From an uncultured archaeon (GTDB lineage: Archaea > Asgardarchaeota > Lokiarchaeia > Sigyniarchaeales > SOKP01), in NCBI GenBank assembly GCA_964508365.1, contig CAZDTP010000021.1:13298-50637 (forward strand): DNA of 37,340 nucleotides, read 5' to 3'. Positions 10,122 to 19,520 of the stretch are shown one piece after another. The notes under the pieces are model-generated. The model was not told the origin of the DNA, searched no databases, and saw only the letters and a list, made by a program, of their open reading frames with translations. A program made the position numbers and the translations under genes. Position 1 is the stretch's first letter; each line of letters opens with the position of its first letter.

Positions 10122-11153
10122 TTGATTATTATGAATGAAAAAGAAATAGCGTGGGATTTAACAGAAATATTTTCTGGATGTGATGATCCTAAAATCTCAA
10201 AAACTATGGATGCCGTTATGGAAAAAACGGATGAAATTATAAACCAATATAAAGGTAAAATCAACATTCCAAACTTTACAGCCCAAAATTTACATGATCT
10301 CTTAGAAGAACATGAAGAAGTTTTAGCAAGTATAGAAAATTTAGAAATTTTTTCATATAACTCATTCCATGCTAATATGACTCTTCCTGAAACAAAAGCC
10401 CTTTATAATAAATTTATGGATTTTCAGAGCTTGATTTCTAAAAAACTAGCATTCCTTGAATTAGAAATCGGAAAACTCGTTTCTGACAATCCACAGTTAA
10501 TAAAGGAGAAAATTATTAGTAATTATATAAATTATCTTAAAAAAATTAAAAAAGTATTTACTTATAAACTAACAGAAACAGAAGAGCAGTTAATTCTAGA
10601 TAAAGATCAATACGGTGCAAAGGCATGGGAGCAGTTAAAATCTTCTTGGATAAGTACTCGAAAATTTAAAGCTACTGTTGAAGGAAAAGAGACGGATGTA
10701 TCTTTTAGTGAAGTCTTTTCCCTATTCCGCCATCCTAATAGGGAAACAAGGATATCTGTATATAAATCAGTTTCTGGTTTATTAGGCCAAGATGAAGAAA
10801 TTTATTCGTCAGCATTACGGAATATATGTGGTGACTGGGTGAAAAACACGAATCATAGACATTATGATAGTCCAATTCATCAAAGTCTCATTGATAATGA
10901 TACAACTCAAGAGATCATTGATAATCTGATGAGAAATTTTAATAATAGTCTTATAAGAAAAAGAAATACTTTTAATGAGCTTACTGAATCACTTGAAAAG
11001 TTAATTGAAGAAGTCATCTCAGAGGATATTTTACAAGAATTAATTAATACCAATCAAAAAAATGAATTAATCGAAAAATTAAGCACAACAGAATATGCTT
11101 TAGATAAATTAATAGATGATTGGGATTTAAAACGAGATTGGAATAAAAAATAA
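10122..11153 (+). pseudogene. N-terminal half of oligoendopeptidase F (M3B) fused in frame to an unrelated tail of about 74 aa; no HExxH site
   Basis: PepF-like N-terminus (AWDLTEIFSG.DDP; FLELEIG; HPNRETR) that stops resembling PepF after IIDNLM; 343 aa versus roughly 600 aa expected; no HExxH in the ORF. Confidence 0.7.
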
Positions 11154-11194
11154 TAATCTTTTATTTATATCAAATAAAATTAATTAATATAAAT

Positions 11195-12670
11195 CTAATA
11201 ACTCTTGGCAATATACACTGTACATCCAGCAGGTTTACCACAGATTAAGCAGGTTGCAAATTCGTTTTTTTCATCATCAACTCGCTTTCCACGAACAAAA
11301 CCCTTAATATCTTTCTCGACAATTTCAGCACAGTGTTCACCATCCATATCTATTGAACAAAAACCACAACATACAATTTTTCCATTGTTTATTGCTTCAA
11401 TTGCAGCGTCTTTCTCATAAGTCAATTCAATTTGCGATTCAAAGTCGATCATAGACTTTTCTCTAATCTCTTTAGTATAATTTTGAGCTATTTCATCTAC
11501 AACTTTTTCTAGTTCGGGATCCTTAACAAATATCTTCTTTCCATCGTGTCTTTTTACTAAAACCATTTGGTTTTTTTCTAAGTCTCTTGGTCCGATTTCA
11601 ATTCGTATCGGGACTCCTTTTAATTCCCAATTATAAAATTTACTTCCTGGTGACTCGTCAGAATCGTCGATTTTAACCGTATACTTCTTTTTTAACCTTT
11701 CAAATATTTCTTTTGTTTTAGTTAGAACGATATCCTCTTTTTCTTTGAACAGGATTGGAACAATTACGATTTGGATTGGTGCTAAATCAAAAGGTAAGAC
11801 TAACCCCTTGTCATCCCCAAGATATGCAATCATAGCCCCATAATTTCTACTTTGAGAAGGACCATAACAAGTCTGGTAACCATATTTCTCTTCTCCATCT
11901 ATGTCTACAAATTTTACATTAAATGGTTTTGAAAAGTTTTGACCTAAAAGGTGTGTTGAAGGTAATTGTAGAACTTTTCCTGAACCCATTAGAGCATCGG
12001 CTGCGAAGGTTTTTTGTGCACCTGAAAATTTATCCCATTGTGGTCTTTCAAAAAAGATTAGAGGGATACAACACTCATCCTGAAGAATTTGATAAGTCGA
12101 TTCCATATCCTCTTTAACTTGCTCCATCGCACCCTCCATTGTGGCAAAAACATTATGTGATTCAATCCAATGAAATTCTCTCCCCCTAAAGAATGGCCTT
12201 GTCATTTTTCCCTCATATCTCCAGACTTGACAAGAAAGGTATCTTTTAAATGGTAAATCCTTATAACTTCTTATCCACATAGAATACATCTTGTATAACG
12301 CAGTTTCGCTAGTTGGTCGTAAAGCTAAACGTTCTGCTAACTTACCCGAGCTACCTGCTTCAGTTACCCAAAATACCTCTGGTGCAAAACCCTCAACATG
12401 TTCTGCTTCTAATAAGAAATTCGATTCAGGGATTAGAGAAGGCATTGTTAGTGGGAGATGACCTTTTTGTTCTAACAAATCTTCAGTTTTTCTATACATT
12501 TTTCTAATCGTTATTGTTGCCCATTCTCGATAAACGACAAATCCCTTAATATTATATCGAATATCAGCTAACTCTGCCTTGTTTATGAGCTCCGTATACC
12601 AACCGGAAAAATCATCTTCTTTAGAAACTGTAATTCCCGTTAAAGGAGCTTCCTTTTTCTTTTTAGCCAT
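11195..12670 (-). CDS. proS: Proline--tRNA ligase, archaeal/eukaryotic type
   Basis: RPTSET, WRYEGKMTRPFFRGREFHWIESH, LQLPSTHLLGQNFSK, HGTP anticodon-binding domain, C-terminal Cys-rich domain ending in SY. Confidence 0.97.
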   Translation of the reverse strand: MAKKKKEAPLTGITVSKEDDFSGWYTELINKAELADIRYNIKGFVVYREWATITIRKMYRKTEDLLEQKGHLPLTMPSLIPESNFLLEAEHVEGFAPEVFWVTEAGSSGKLAERLALRPTSETALYKMYSMWIRSYKDLPFKRYLSCQVWRYEGKMTRPFFRGREFHWIESHNVFATMEGAMEQVKEDMESTYQILQDECCIPLIFFERPQWDKFSGAQKTFAADALMGSGKVLQLPSTHLLGQNFSKPFNVKFVDIDGEEKYGYQTCYGPSQSRNYGAMIAYLGDDKGLVLPFDLAPIQIVIVPILFKEKEDIVLTKTKEIFERLKKKYTVKIDDSDESPGSKFYNWELKGVPIRIEIGPRDLEKNQMVLVKRHDGKKIFVKDPELEKVVDEIAQNYTKEIREKSMIDFESQIELTYEKDAAIEAINNGKIVCCGFCSIDMDGEHCAEIVEKDIKGFVRGKRVDDEKNEFATCLICGKPAGCTVYIAKSY

Positions 12671-12816
12671 AAACTATCATTCAAAATAAATACTTTAAAA
12701 GTTAAATATTTTTTGAGCTCTCATAAGTATAATAAAATCGTTCATGATTTTTACATAAATATAAATAATTTATAAGTAATATTATCCTAATTTTTTACTC
12801 AAATATTAAATTTAAG

Positions 12817-13332
12817 TTGAAAAAAATGGGAAAAGGTAGCACTATTTTAGCAACTCTAGCTTTAGTAATAGGACTTGTAGTAGGAGCTTTTGTTATATAT
12901 GACAATTTTATTGTAATTCCTCAGGATATTCCATCTGAAAATCAATGGTACGATTTTCATAGTGGTTCTTACTTGGTTCCGGCCAGCGAAGCATGGGGAA
13001 CTTTATCAGTGATTAGTATTGATTTCGATGTTAGTTCAGGACAAGCAGTCCATTTTTTATTTATTGGCCAAATTAATTTTGACGACAGCTCGCCTCCAAG
13101 TAGTTACGTCGAGGTAAGATTTAAGGTAGATGGTATTATAATCTATTTTCCAAGAATCTATGTAATGAGATATAATACTGGTACTCCAGGAGGCTTACGA
13201 ATGTCTGTGTCTCTGCAACACTATAACACTACTATGGCTTCAGGAACGCATTCTATTGAAGTTGTGTTTAAAGGGGACAGCACATCAGATTCAATCAAGG
13301 AGTTTTCTTTATTTGTCCAAACTTTTAATTAA
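12817..13332 (+). CDS. Membrane-anchored or secreted beta-rich protein, function unknown
   Basis: N-terminal basic residues plus a hydrophobic helix, then alternating beta-strand patterns; the true start may be the internal ATG (MGKG). Confidence 0.75.
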   Translation: MKKMGKGSTILATLALVIGLVVGAFVIYDNFIVIPQDIPSENQWYDFHSGSYLVPASEAWGTLSVISIDFDVSSGQAVHFLFIGQINFDDSSPPSSYVEVRFKVDGIIIYFPRIYVMRYNTGTPGGLRMSVSLQHYNTTMASGTHSIEVVFKGDSTSDSIKEFSLFVQTFN

Positions 13333-13348
13333 TTTTTTTTTAAAAAAA
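13333..13348. terminator. Candidate bidirectional T9A7 terminator
   Basis: The whole 16-bp gap between two convergent stop codons is TTTTTTTTTAAAAAAA, giving an oligo-U tract on each transcript. Confidence 0.55.
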
Positions 13349-14137
13349 TCAGTAATCAGGATTTAATTTTGCATTCGTAATAACCGAACCTGATAAATAA
13401 TCTCGATCAGTTGAATAATCAGAGATTTCAAGAAGGAAGATTATCGCTTCATAACCCTTGGAAATGAGATATTCTTTTAATTCTCTCCCAATGTTTTTTA
13501 ACAATTCTTCATCTAATGAAAAGACTGAATATTGAATAATTGCTTTTGGATTGTTGATGAATTCCGACCTTCTTATTATTTCTTTGTTGTCAATTATCGA
13601 CACCGAGTCCGCACCAGCAATTCTTGCGATCTTTTTAATTTCTTCTTCTAAAGAGCCGAAAGTAAAAAATTGTTTACTCCCCAATTCGATTTTTTCTGAC
13701 AGTACCTTTTCTAATTCTTCACGCGTTTTTTTATCGTAAAAAACAGTTAATTCATTTTTACTTATCTCCTTGTATTTACCTGATATTAAATTTTCTTTCT
13801 CCTCGATGAAATCTATAACAGCTTCGTAATATTGATCGTCTAGTTTTTGAAACTCCTCAACACATCTTATATAATGAGTCAACTTGTCAATTAAATCGTA
13901 ATAAAATTTTAACCTTGGTTTAATCTTTAACTTATCGTTAATTTGTTTGATTTCAGGATAATATTTCTTCAAAATTAGGTTAATATTTTTCGTACAAAGA
14001 GCACATAACTTAGCTACTTTATCTGAATATTCAATTGATTTAAAGGCAAAAAGTCGAAGGATATCTTGCTCTATTGCAGAAAGATCGTTAAAAATTTCCG
14101 TAATTTTATTGTTATATTTTTTCTCGATATAAGACAT
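13349..14137 (-). CDS. Hypothetical soluble protein
   Basis: 262 aa open frame with host-like composition; no recognised motif. Confidence 0.75.
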   Translation of the reverse strand: MSYIEKKYNNKITEIFNDLSAIEQDILRLFAFKSIEYSDKVAKLCALCTKNINLILKKYYPEIKQINDKLKIKPRLKFYYDLIDKLTHYIRCVEEFQKLDDQYYEAVIDFIEEKENLISGKYKEISKNELTVFYDKKTREELEKVLSEKIELGSKQFFTFGSLEEEIKKIARIAGADSVSIIDNKEIIRRSEFINNPKAIIQYSVFSLDEELLKNIGRELKEYLISKGYEAIIFLLEISDYSTDRDYLSGSVITNAKLNPDY

Positions 14138-14211
14138 TCCTATAGATAAGATAAACTTTCAATATATAACAATTTTTATCAAATGTTTCAATCTAGATGA
14201 CTTTCAAAGAT

Positions 14212-14241
14212 AAAAAAAAATTAAAAAAAATAATAAAAAAA
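14212..14241 (-). terminator. Oligo-T terminator candidate downstream of tfb
   Basis: Three long T runs on the minus strand 27-56 bp after the tfb stop. Confidence 0.5.
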
Positions 14242-14267
14242 TTCTGTATAAGCTAGTTCTAAACTGA

Positions 14268-15191
14268 TTAAACTAATTTCATTCTAATTTGCTTAGATCG
14301 GGATCGTAATGTGACTTCAGTTACTTTGGCCACTTCTGAGACTTCTGCTTGTGTTTTTCGGCAGTTACTTGATTTGGCCGCCATATAAATTACACTTGCT
14401 GCTAAGCCCTTTGGGTCTTTCCCTGTTCTTAATAGTCCGTTTTTTGAAGCATCTGCGAGCATGTCTATTGCTTTTTTCTGTACTTCCATCGGTAAACCTA
14501 AATCGTTTCCAAATCGAAATACTAACTGCTCTGCCGTGATTGGTTTATATCGTAAATTTAACTCGGGTAATACTTCCTTTACAATCATCCCTAAGCTTCT
14601 GTGGACGGTTCTTCGTGGAGTCATTGATGCGTCGCACACTTCTTCCAGTAAACGTGGAAACTCATGAACTCTGATTGCAGCATAAAGTGAAGCCGCAATA
14701 AAACCATCGATTGATCGACCCATAGTTAATTTCTTCCGAGCTACAACGCTATAAATTTTCCAGGCAGTTTCTTTAATATATTCTGGAATATTTAGCTTCG
14801 ATGTAAGCATCTTTAATTTTGGTTTTGCTTCCCAAAAGTTTCTTTCTATACTGGAAATTAAGGAATTCTGAATTTTAGAGAGTCGAGAGAATAGAGTCTT
14901 TCCTTTTGCGTTAATTAATCGACCCTTTGAATCAATCTTGGAATTTGGTAACATAGTTCTAGGTCCAAATTCTCGCCATCGAGGTTCGGTTCGTCTTCGT
15001 TTGTTAACTTCCTCTACGGTGTATGCTCTCCTTTCATTCCCAACCATATTTCTACTCTGAATCATTCCACAGTTTAAACAGACAATATCGCCATCTTTTG
15101 ACTCGATAGCAGGATCTGCACAGCAATCTCCAACCGGGCTTTCCTCATGTGAACTAACTTTCGCTGATCTTAGGCGGTCTCTGTATGACAT
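14268..15191 (-). CDS. tfb: Transcription initiation factor IIB (archaeal TFB), divergent N-terminus
   Basis: Zn ribbon (CC...CLNCG), two cyclin folds (GRSIDGFIAASLYAAIR; GKDPKGLAASVIY), C-terminal HTH TQAEVSEVAKVTEVTLRSR. Confidence 0.93.
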   Translation of the reverse strand: MSYRDRLRSAKVSSHEESPVGDCCADPAIESKDGDIVCLNCGMIQSRNMVGNERRAYTVEEVNKRRRTEPRWREFGPRTMLPNSKIDSKGRLINAKGKTLFSRLSKIQNSLISSIERNFWEAKPKLKMLTSKLNIPEYIKETAWKIYSVVARKKLTMGRSIDGFIAASLYAAIRVHEFPRLLEEVCDASMTPRRTVHRSLGMIVKEVLPELNLRYKPITAEQLVFRFGNDLGLPMEVQKKAIDMLADASKNGLLRTGKDPKGLAASVIYMAAKSSNCRKTQAEVSEVAKVTEVTLRSRSKQIRMKLV

Positions 15192-15585
15192 ATATTTTCA
15201 CTTTTTTCGTTACAAATTTGTTTACTAATGATTATTCAATATTATAAACGTAAATTTTCGCACTTATTTATGATCCTTTTGATTTATAAGTTTTTTGAGA
15301 ATATTACTACAAATAATCTTATTAATATTATATTAATGTAAGTAATGTAACGCCACTATTTAAAAATGTTTTTGTCTGAGGTTGTGATATGTCCCAGAAC
15401 ATAATTTTCACGAGGTTTGCGGGCATATAATGGGAAAAAGTCAGATTATTTTTCATAAGTTTATGTTTTAGGATTTTGCTGTTGCGCAATTATTAGAGAT
15501 CTCTTATATGATATTATCACAAATTAGACTATTGGATAATTTTATCGCCTACTTGTATGGATTAATCACCAAATTCTCTACAAAT

Positions 15586-16638
15586 TTATTCCTCAATTTT
15601 ATTAAAAAATAGTAATTTTCTTGCTATTTTATGGAAAGCTATCTCTATATTATAGCCAGTTAAAGCAGAGATTTCAATGTATTCAAGGTCTAAAGAGTAT
15701 GAGAGCCTGATCGCATCAATCTCACTTACAATTCTTTTTTTAGCTAAATCATTCTTATTACCAATAAGATAACCCTTTAGTGCTATATTATTTTTCATGT
15801 AATTTTTTATATCTTGATACCATTTTGGAACATTAGCAAAAGACATTGGATTCGTTAAATCAAAAATTAATAGTAGGATGCTCGCGCCCTCATAAAATTT
15901 CTTTCTTATGCGTTCAAATTTGGTTTGACCTCCAATATCCCACAATACTAATTCTACAATCTTATTATCAACATCAAAGATTTTTTGGGTAATGTTTAGA
16001 CCCATCGTTGGAATGTATGCCCTAAGAAATACATTATCAGTAAATCTTAGAATTATAGATGTCTTGCCTACCTTCGGGTCTCCTAGGACTACAACTTTAA
16101 ATTTACTTTTTTCTCCCTGATTATCATCAAAGATTTTTCGAGATGGTTCTTCTTTTTTTGGTACATACTGGCTTTTAGAAGATAAATATTCTGTTAAATT
16201 GCATAAAATCATATGCAACTTCACAATTTCTTCGTATATTAATTCGTCTAAAGTCTCATTTTTCTCTAGGGTGAGCATAGTGCTAATAGTTTCACTAAAA
16301 TATGAATCGATATAACTCATATATCGGTAATATATCTGATCATTTTCTTCAGCAAATAAAAAGACTATCGCAGACTTTGAAATTCCTTCTCTATTAGTAG
16401 GATCTTCTCTTTTAAAATATTTAATTAGAACTTTTATTTTTAAAGGTGAAATAGGAAAAATTAAGAGAACTTCCGGAATGAAAGTTGGATCCCCAGCTAT
16501 AATCGAAATACACTCCTCAACGATATCTCTTCGGTATTTTTCTGGTAGATTATAAGGATACCAAAATTTAATCTTTGGAGTATTTTTATCTATATCAAGA
16601 TAAATGATTGCGTTTGTAGAATCCATTTCAATCGACAA
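15586..16638 (-). CDS. Rab-like small GTPase fused to an N-terminal longin/uDENN-like domain
   Basis: G1 GDPKVGKTS, G2 YIPT, G3 WDIGGQ, G4 GNKND, G5 ISAL; about 175 aa N-terminal extension; the N-domain fold is inferred. Confidence 0.88.
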   Translation of the reverse strand: MSIEMDSTNAIIYLDIDKNTPKIKFWYPYNLPEKYRRDIVEECISIIAGDPTFIPEVLLIFPISPLKIKVLIKYFKREDPTNREGISKSAIVFLFAEENDQIYYRYMSYIDSYFSETISTMLTLEKNETLDELIYEEIVKLHMILCNLTEYLSSKSQYVPKKEEPSRKIFDDNQGEKSKFKVVVLGDPKVGKTSIILRFTDNVFLRAYIPTMGLNITQKIFDVDNKIVELVLWDIGGQTKFERIRKKFYEGASILLLIFDLTNPMSFANVPKWYQDIKNYMKNNIALKGYLIGNKNDLAKKRIVSEIDAIRLSYSLDLEYIEISALTGYNIEIAFHKIARKLLFFNKIEE

Positions 16639-16672
16639 TTCTTATATACAATTACTAATTCACTGATTTAAA

Positions 16673-17953
16673 TTATATGTTTATTAACGGAAGAATTTGT
16701 GGCCCATTAGGCAAAATAAGTATGTGTGCGTCTCTTCCATGTTTAATTATAGCATTTTTTATTGCATTTTCTATAGTGTCAGCATATTTTAAACCAATAT
16801 TTCCGATTTCTTCCTCTTTCATACTAGACACAAGATATATTTCTGACTTCATTAATATTCGGGTTAATACTTGAATTTCCCATTGATCAGGTACAATTAT
16901 TTCTTTTTTTAGAATTTTGCTATAGATTTCTTCTGGATGTTTTTTAGAAAAGATTAATTCTTTAAACTTATCCTGTCCTACGCCAACTCCTTCGCTGCAC
17001 TCATTTACAGAAATTATAGTACCTCCTCGCTTTACACCCATTTCTCCTATTGCCATACTTTTTACAGCTTGATACAGGTTGAGATCTAAAGGATAACCTC
17101 CATTCCCGCAAACCACGATATCGAACGGTTCTTGAATTTCTTTGAAAACAAGTTTGTTTTGATAATCTATTAATTTTTTATGAACCTGTTCTAAATCACC
17201 AGCAGCTAATTGGGTGATTTCATGATTTTTATTAATACATACATTAATAGTGAAATCTACACCTACTATTTTTGCATGTATAGATGAATGTTCAGGTAGA
17301 GGATTATTTTCATAGATTCCAAATCGAGCATAAGGAGAAGCTATATTTTCAGCGGAGTGATTTGCTAGTATAGTTTCAGTACCTGCTAAACCAGGAATAA
17401 TGGATTTATATCCCCCTGAAAAACCGAAGAAAAAGTGAGGTTCAACATATCCAGTTAAAATTTTTAGATCGCTTTCATAATAGTACCTATTGATATAAAT
17501 AGGATCCTGATGATCGCTATTATATACTGATACGAGAGATTTCTTATCGGCTGCAATATGGCTAATAATTTTAACATCACTTATTGAAAAAACACCTAAA
17601 ATTCTATTTAGTTCCTCTTTACGGGATGGACGATGCAATCCCGTAGCAATTAAAACTGTTATATATTTTTCTTTAATCCCGTAATCATTTAATTCTTTCA
17701 AAAGTCCCTCTAGAATCAGATGTGTTGGAACTGGTCGCGTTGCATCTGAAACGACAATACATACAGATTCGATTTTTTTTCCATTTTTTATTATAGCCTT
17801 TAAGGAGAGATTTCCCACAGGATTTTTAATAGCATCCCTGATAGCTTTAATTGGATTTTTAATTGGAAACTGCTCTACAGGTTCAATAATCTTCGTGTTC
17901 CAATTAGGATCAATCTCTAATTCAATTCCATTTTTTCCGTAGTCTAATTTCAT
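16673..17953 (-). CDS. larA: Nickel-pincer-dependent lactate racemase family protein (LarA)
   Basis: SDATRPVPT, IATGLHRP, EPHFFFGFSGGYKSIIPG, GGYPLDLNLYQAVK motifs; substrate not determined. Confidence 0.9.
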   Translation of the reverse strand: MKLDYGKNGIELEIDPNWNTKIIEPVEQFPIKNPIKAIRDAIKNPVGNLSLKAIIKNGKKIESVCIVVSDATRPVPTHLILEGLLKELNDYGIKEKYITVLIATGLHRPSRKEELNRILGVFSISDVKIISHIAADKKSLVSVYNSDHQDPIYINRYYYESDLKILTGYVEPHFFFGFSGGYKSIIPGLAGTETILANHSAENIASPYARFGIYENNPLPEHSSIHAKIVGVDFTINVCINKNHEITQLAAGDLEQVHKKLIDYQNKLVFKEIQEPFDIVVCGNGGYPLDLNLYQAVKSMAIGEMGVKRGGTIISVNECSEGVGVGQDKFKELIFSKKHPEEIYSKILKKEIIVPDQWEIQVLTRILMKSEIYLVSSMKEEEIGNIGLKYADTIENAIKNAIIKHGRDAHILILPNGPQILPLINI

Positions 17954-18029
17954 TAATACTAAGCGTAAGTTTATATTTTAAATATCTATTACAAAATGCG
18001 TAATCTTTTTGTATTCATTTCTATAAATT

Positions 18030-18911
18030 TTATAAAGTGTTAAATGTGGTACCTCTAAAACCCCAACTTTTTAGGGTATGCTCCGTTTCGTTAATCATAT
18101 TATCGATAAACACTTTTATTGGTAAAATTTCTTTTATATGACCAATTGCCATTGACGCTATTGGAGAATCTTTTAATTCCAAATGGAATATCTTTTTATA
18201 ATATTTTTCATCGAATATATCTTGATTTAATATCTGTTGTTTCCAATTTTCTGAAGCAGGACTCTCTAATGTAGCGATAATTGAACTTCCTAAGCACACA
18301 GCATCTGCTCCCATAGCTAATGCTCCAAGAAAGCCCCTAGCATCTCCTATACCTCCAGCAGCAATAATCGGTAGATTGAGCAACCTTCGAGCCATCGTAA
18401 TATTTACAAGTGTCGTATTTTGAGTTGGATTCTTAAAACCTGTACCCTCTAGACCAACAAGTGTAATAGCGTCAGCTCCTATCTTTTGAGCGGCTATTGC
18501 GTGTTTTATAGTAACACACTTATGAAACCAGTAACAACCTGCGTCTTTTATTTTATTTCCTAATCCTGGAGCTTGGTATGCAGAAGTAGTAAATATATTT
18601 ACTCCCATATCAATTGCTAAATTTAAGAAATCATCATAGGATTCTTCAGTTCTTCCCCTCCGCTTTTTTAGGAGATATGGTGGTGTAATAGTGAAATTAA
18701 CTCCAAAAGGTTTATCCGTCAATTTCATCATATTTTCAATTTCGCTTTGGAAGGATTCGATTTTAGGATAATTAATAGCAGTAATAATACCTAATCCTCC
18801 AGCGTTAGAAAAAGCACTTGCAAATTCTGCTCTCCCTATTGCTGCAAAGGCACCCATTATTAATGGGAATTTCACACCTGTCATTTGGGTTATCAATGTT
18901 TCCCATTTCAT
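18030..18911 (-). CDS. Nitronate monooxygenase / FabK-like flavin TIM-barrel protein
   Basis: SNAGGLGII, TDKPFGVN, PIIAAGGIGDARG, ALAMGADAVCLGS. Confidence 0.85.
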   Translation of the reverse strand: MKWETLITQMTGVKFPLIMGAFAAIGRAEFASAFSNAGGLGIITAINYPKIESFQSEIENMMKLTDKPFGVNFTITPPYLLKKRRGRTEESYDDFLNLAIDMGVNIFTTSAYQAPGLGNKIKDAGCYWFHKCVTIKHAIAAQKIGADAITLVGLEGTGFKNPTQNTTLVNITMARRLLNLPIIAAGGIGDARGFLGALAMGADAVCLGSSIIATLESPASENWKQQILNQDIFDEKYYKKIFHLELKDSPIASMAIGHIKEILPIKVFIDNMINETEHTLKSWGFRGTTFNTL

Positions 18912-19084
18912 AAATTATTAAACTCCTTTCTAAAAGTATTTTTTAATTAGGAGGTAAAACACAAATTTTTATTTTTTTTAGTAATTTACCTTTATTACAA
19001 TTAGTATAATTAACCAAAAAAGATTTTTTAAATATTTGAACCGTTCATTTAAATTAATGACGGGATGATAAAATTTAACAATAT

Positions 19085-19474
19085 GTGGTACAATTGCCTA
19101 GGACACTAATAGATTTTTGGGTTTTAACAGACAATGGAATTGTATTATACTCAAAAGTATCAGATCAAAAGCTAAATCCACAACTCTTTGGTGCTCTGAT
19201 GAGTGCTTTAAATAAATTCGCTGAAAAGTTGACAGACGGCGGAATTTCGAATTTTGAAATGTCTGACCTTCGCTTCGTGGTAATAAAGCGAAGAACATTT
19301 CTTTTCATAGGAAGTTCTTCAAATAAAACCAAAGAAAAGAAAGTAATTGATGATCTTTTGGTAATCTCTGACCAATTTTTTGAATTATATACTGAAACTT
19401 TAATAAATTGGGATAATAATGTAGAGATTTTTTCTGATTTTGGGGATTATATTGAGCAATTTTTAGAGAAATAG
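19085..19474 (+). CDS. Standalone longin-like domain protein
   Basis: 129 aa with a beta-beta-alpha-beta-beta-beta-alpha-alpha pattern (WVLTDNGIVLYSK; LFGALMSALNKFAEKL; WDNNVEIFSDF). Confidence 0.7.
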   Translation: MVQLPRTLIDFWVLTDNGIVLYSKVSDQKLNPQLFGALMSALNKFAEKLTDGGISNFEMSDLRFVVIKRRTFLFIGSSSNKTKEKKVIDDLLVISDQFFELYTETLINWDNNVEIFSDFGDYIEQFLEK

Positions 19475-19520
19475 CATCCCGTAAAGTTAAATTAAATTAT
19501 TAAAACATAATTGACTATTA

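Noticed and set aside
10932-11194. Frameshifted continuation of pepF
   Set aside because: Both alternative frames hit stops right after the junction, and proS ends at 11195, leaving no room for the catalytic half
15389-15471. Two tandem 13-codon ORFs (MSQNIIFTRFAGI, MGKSQIIFHKFMF) with loose mutual similarity in the tfb upstream region
   Set aside because: Too short, and the similarity is weak in an AT-rich background
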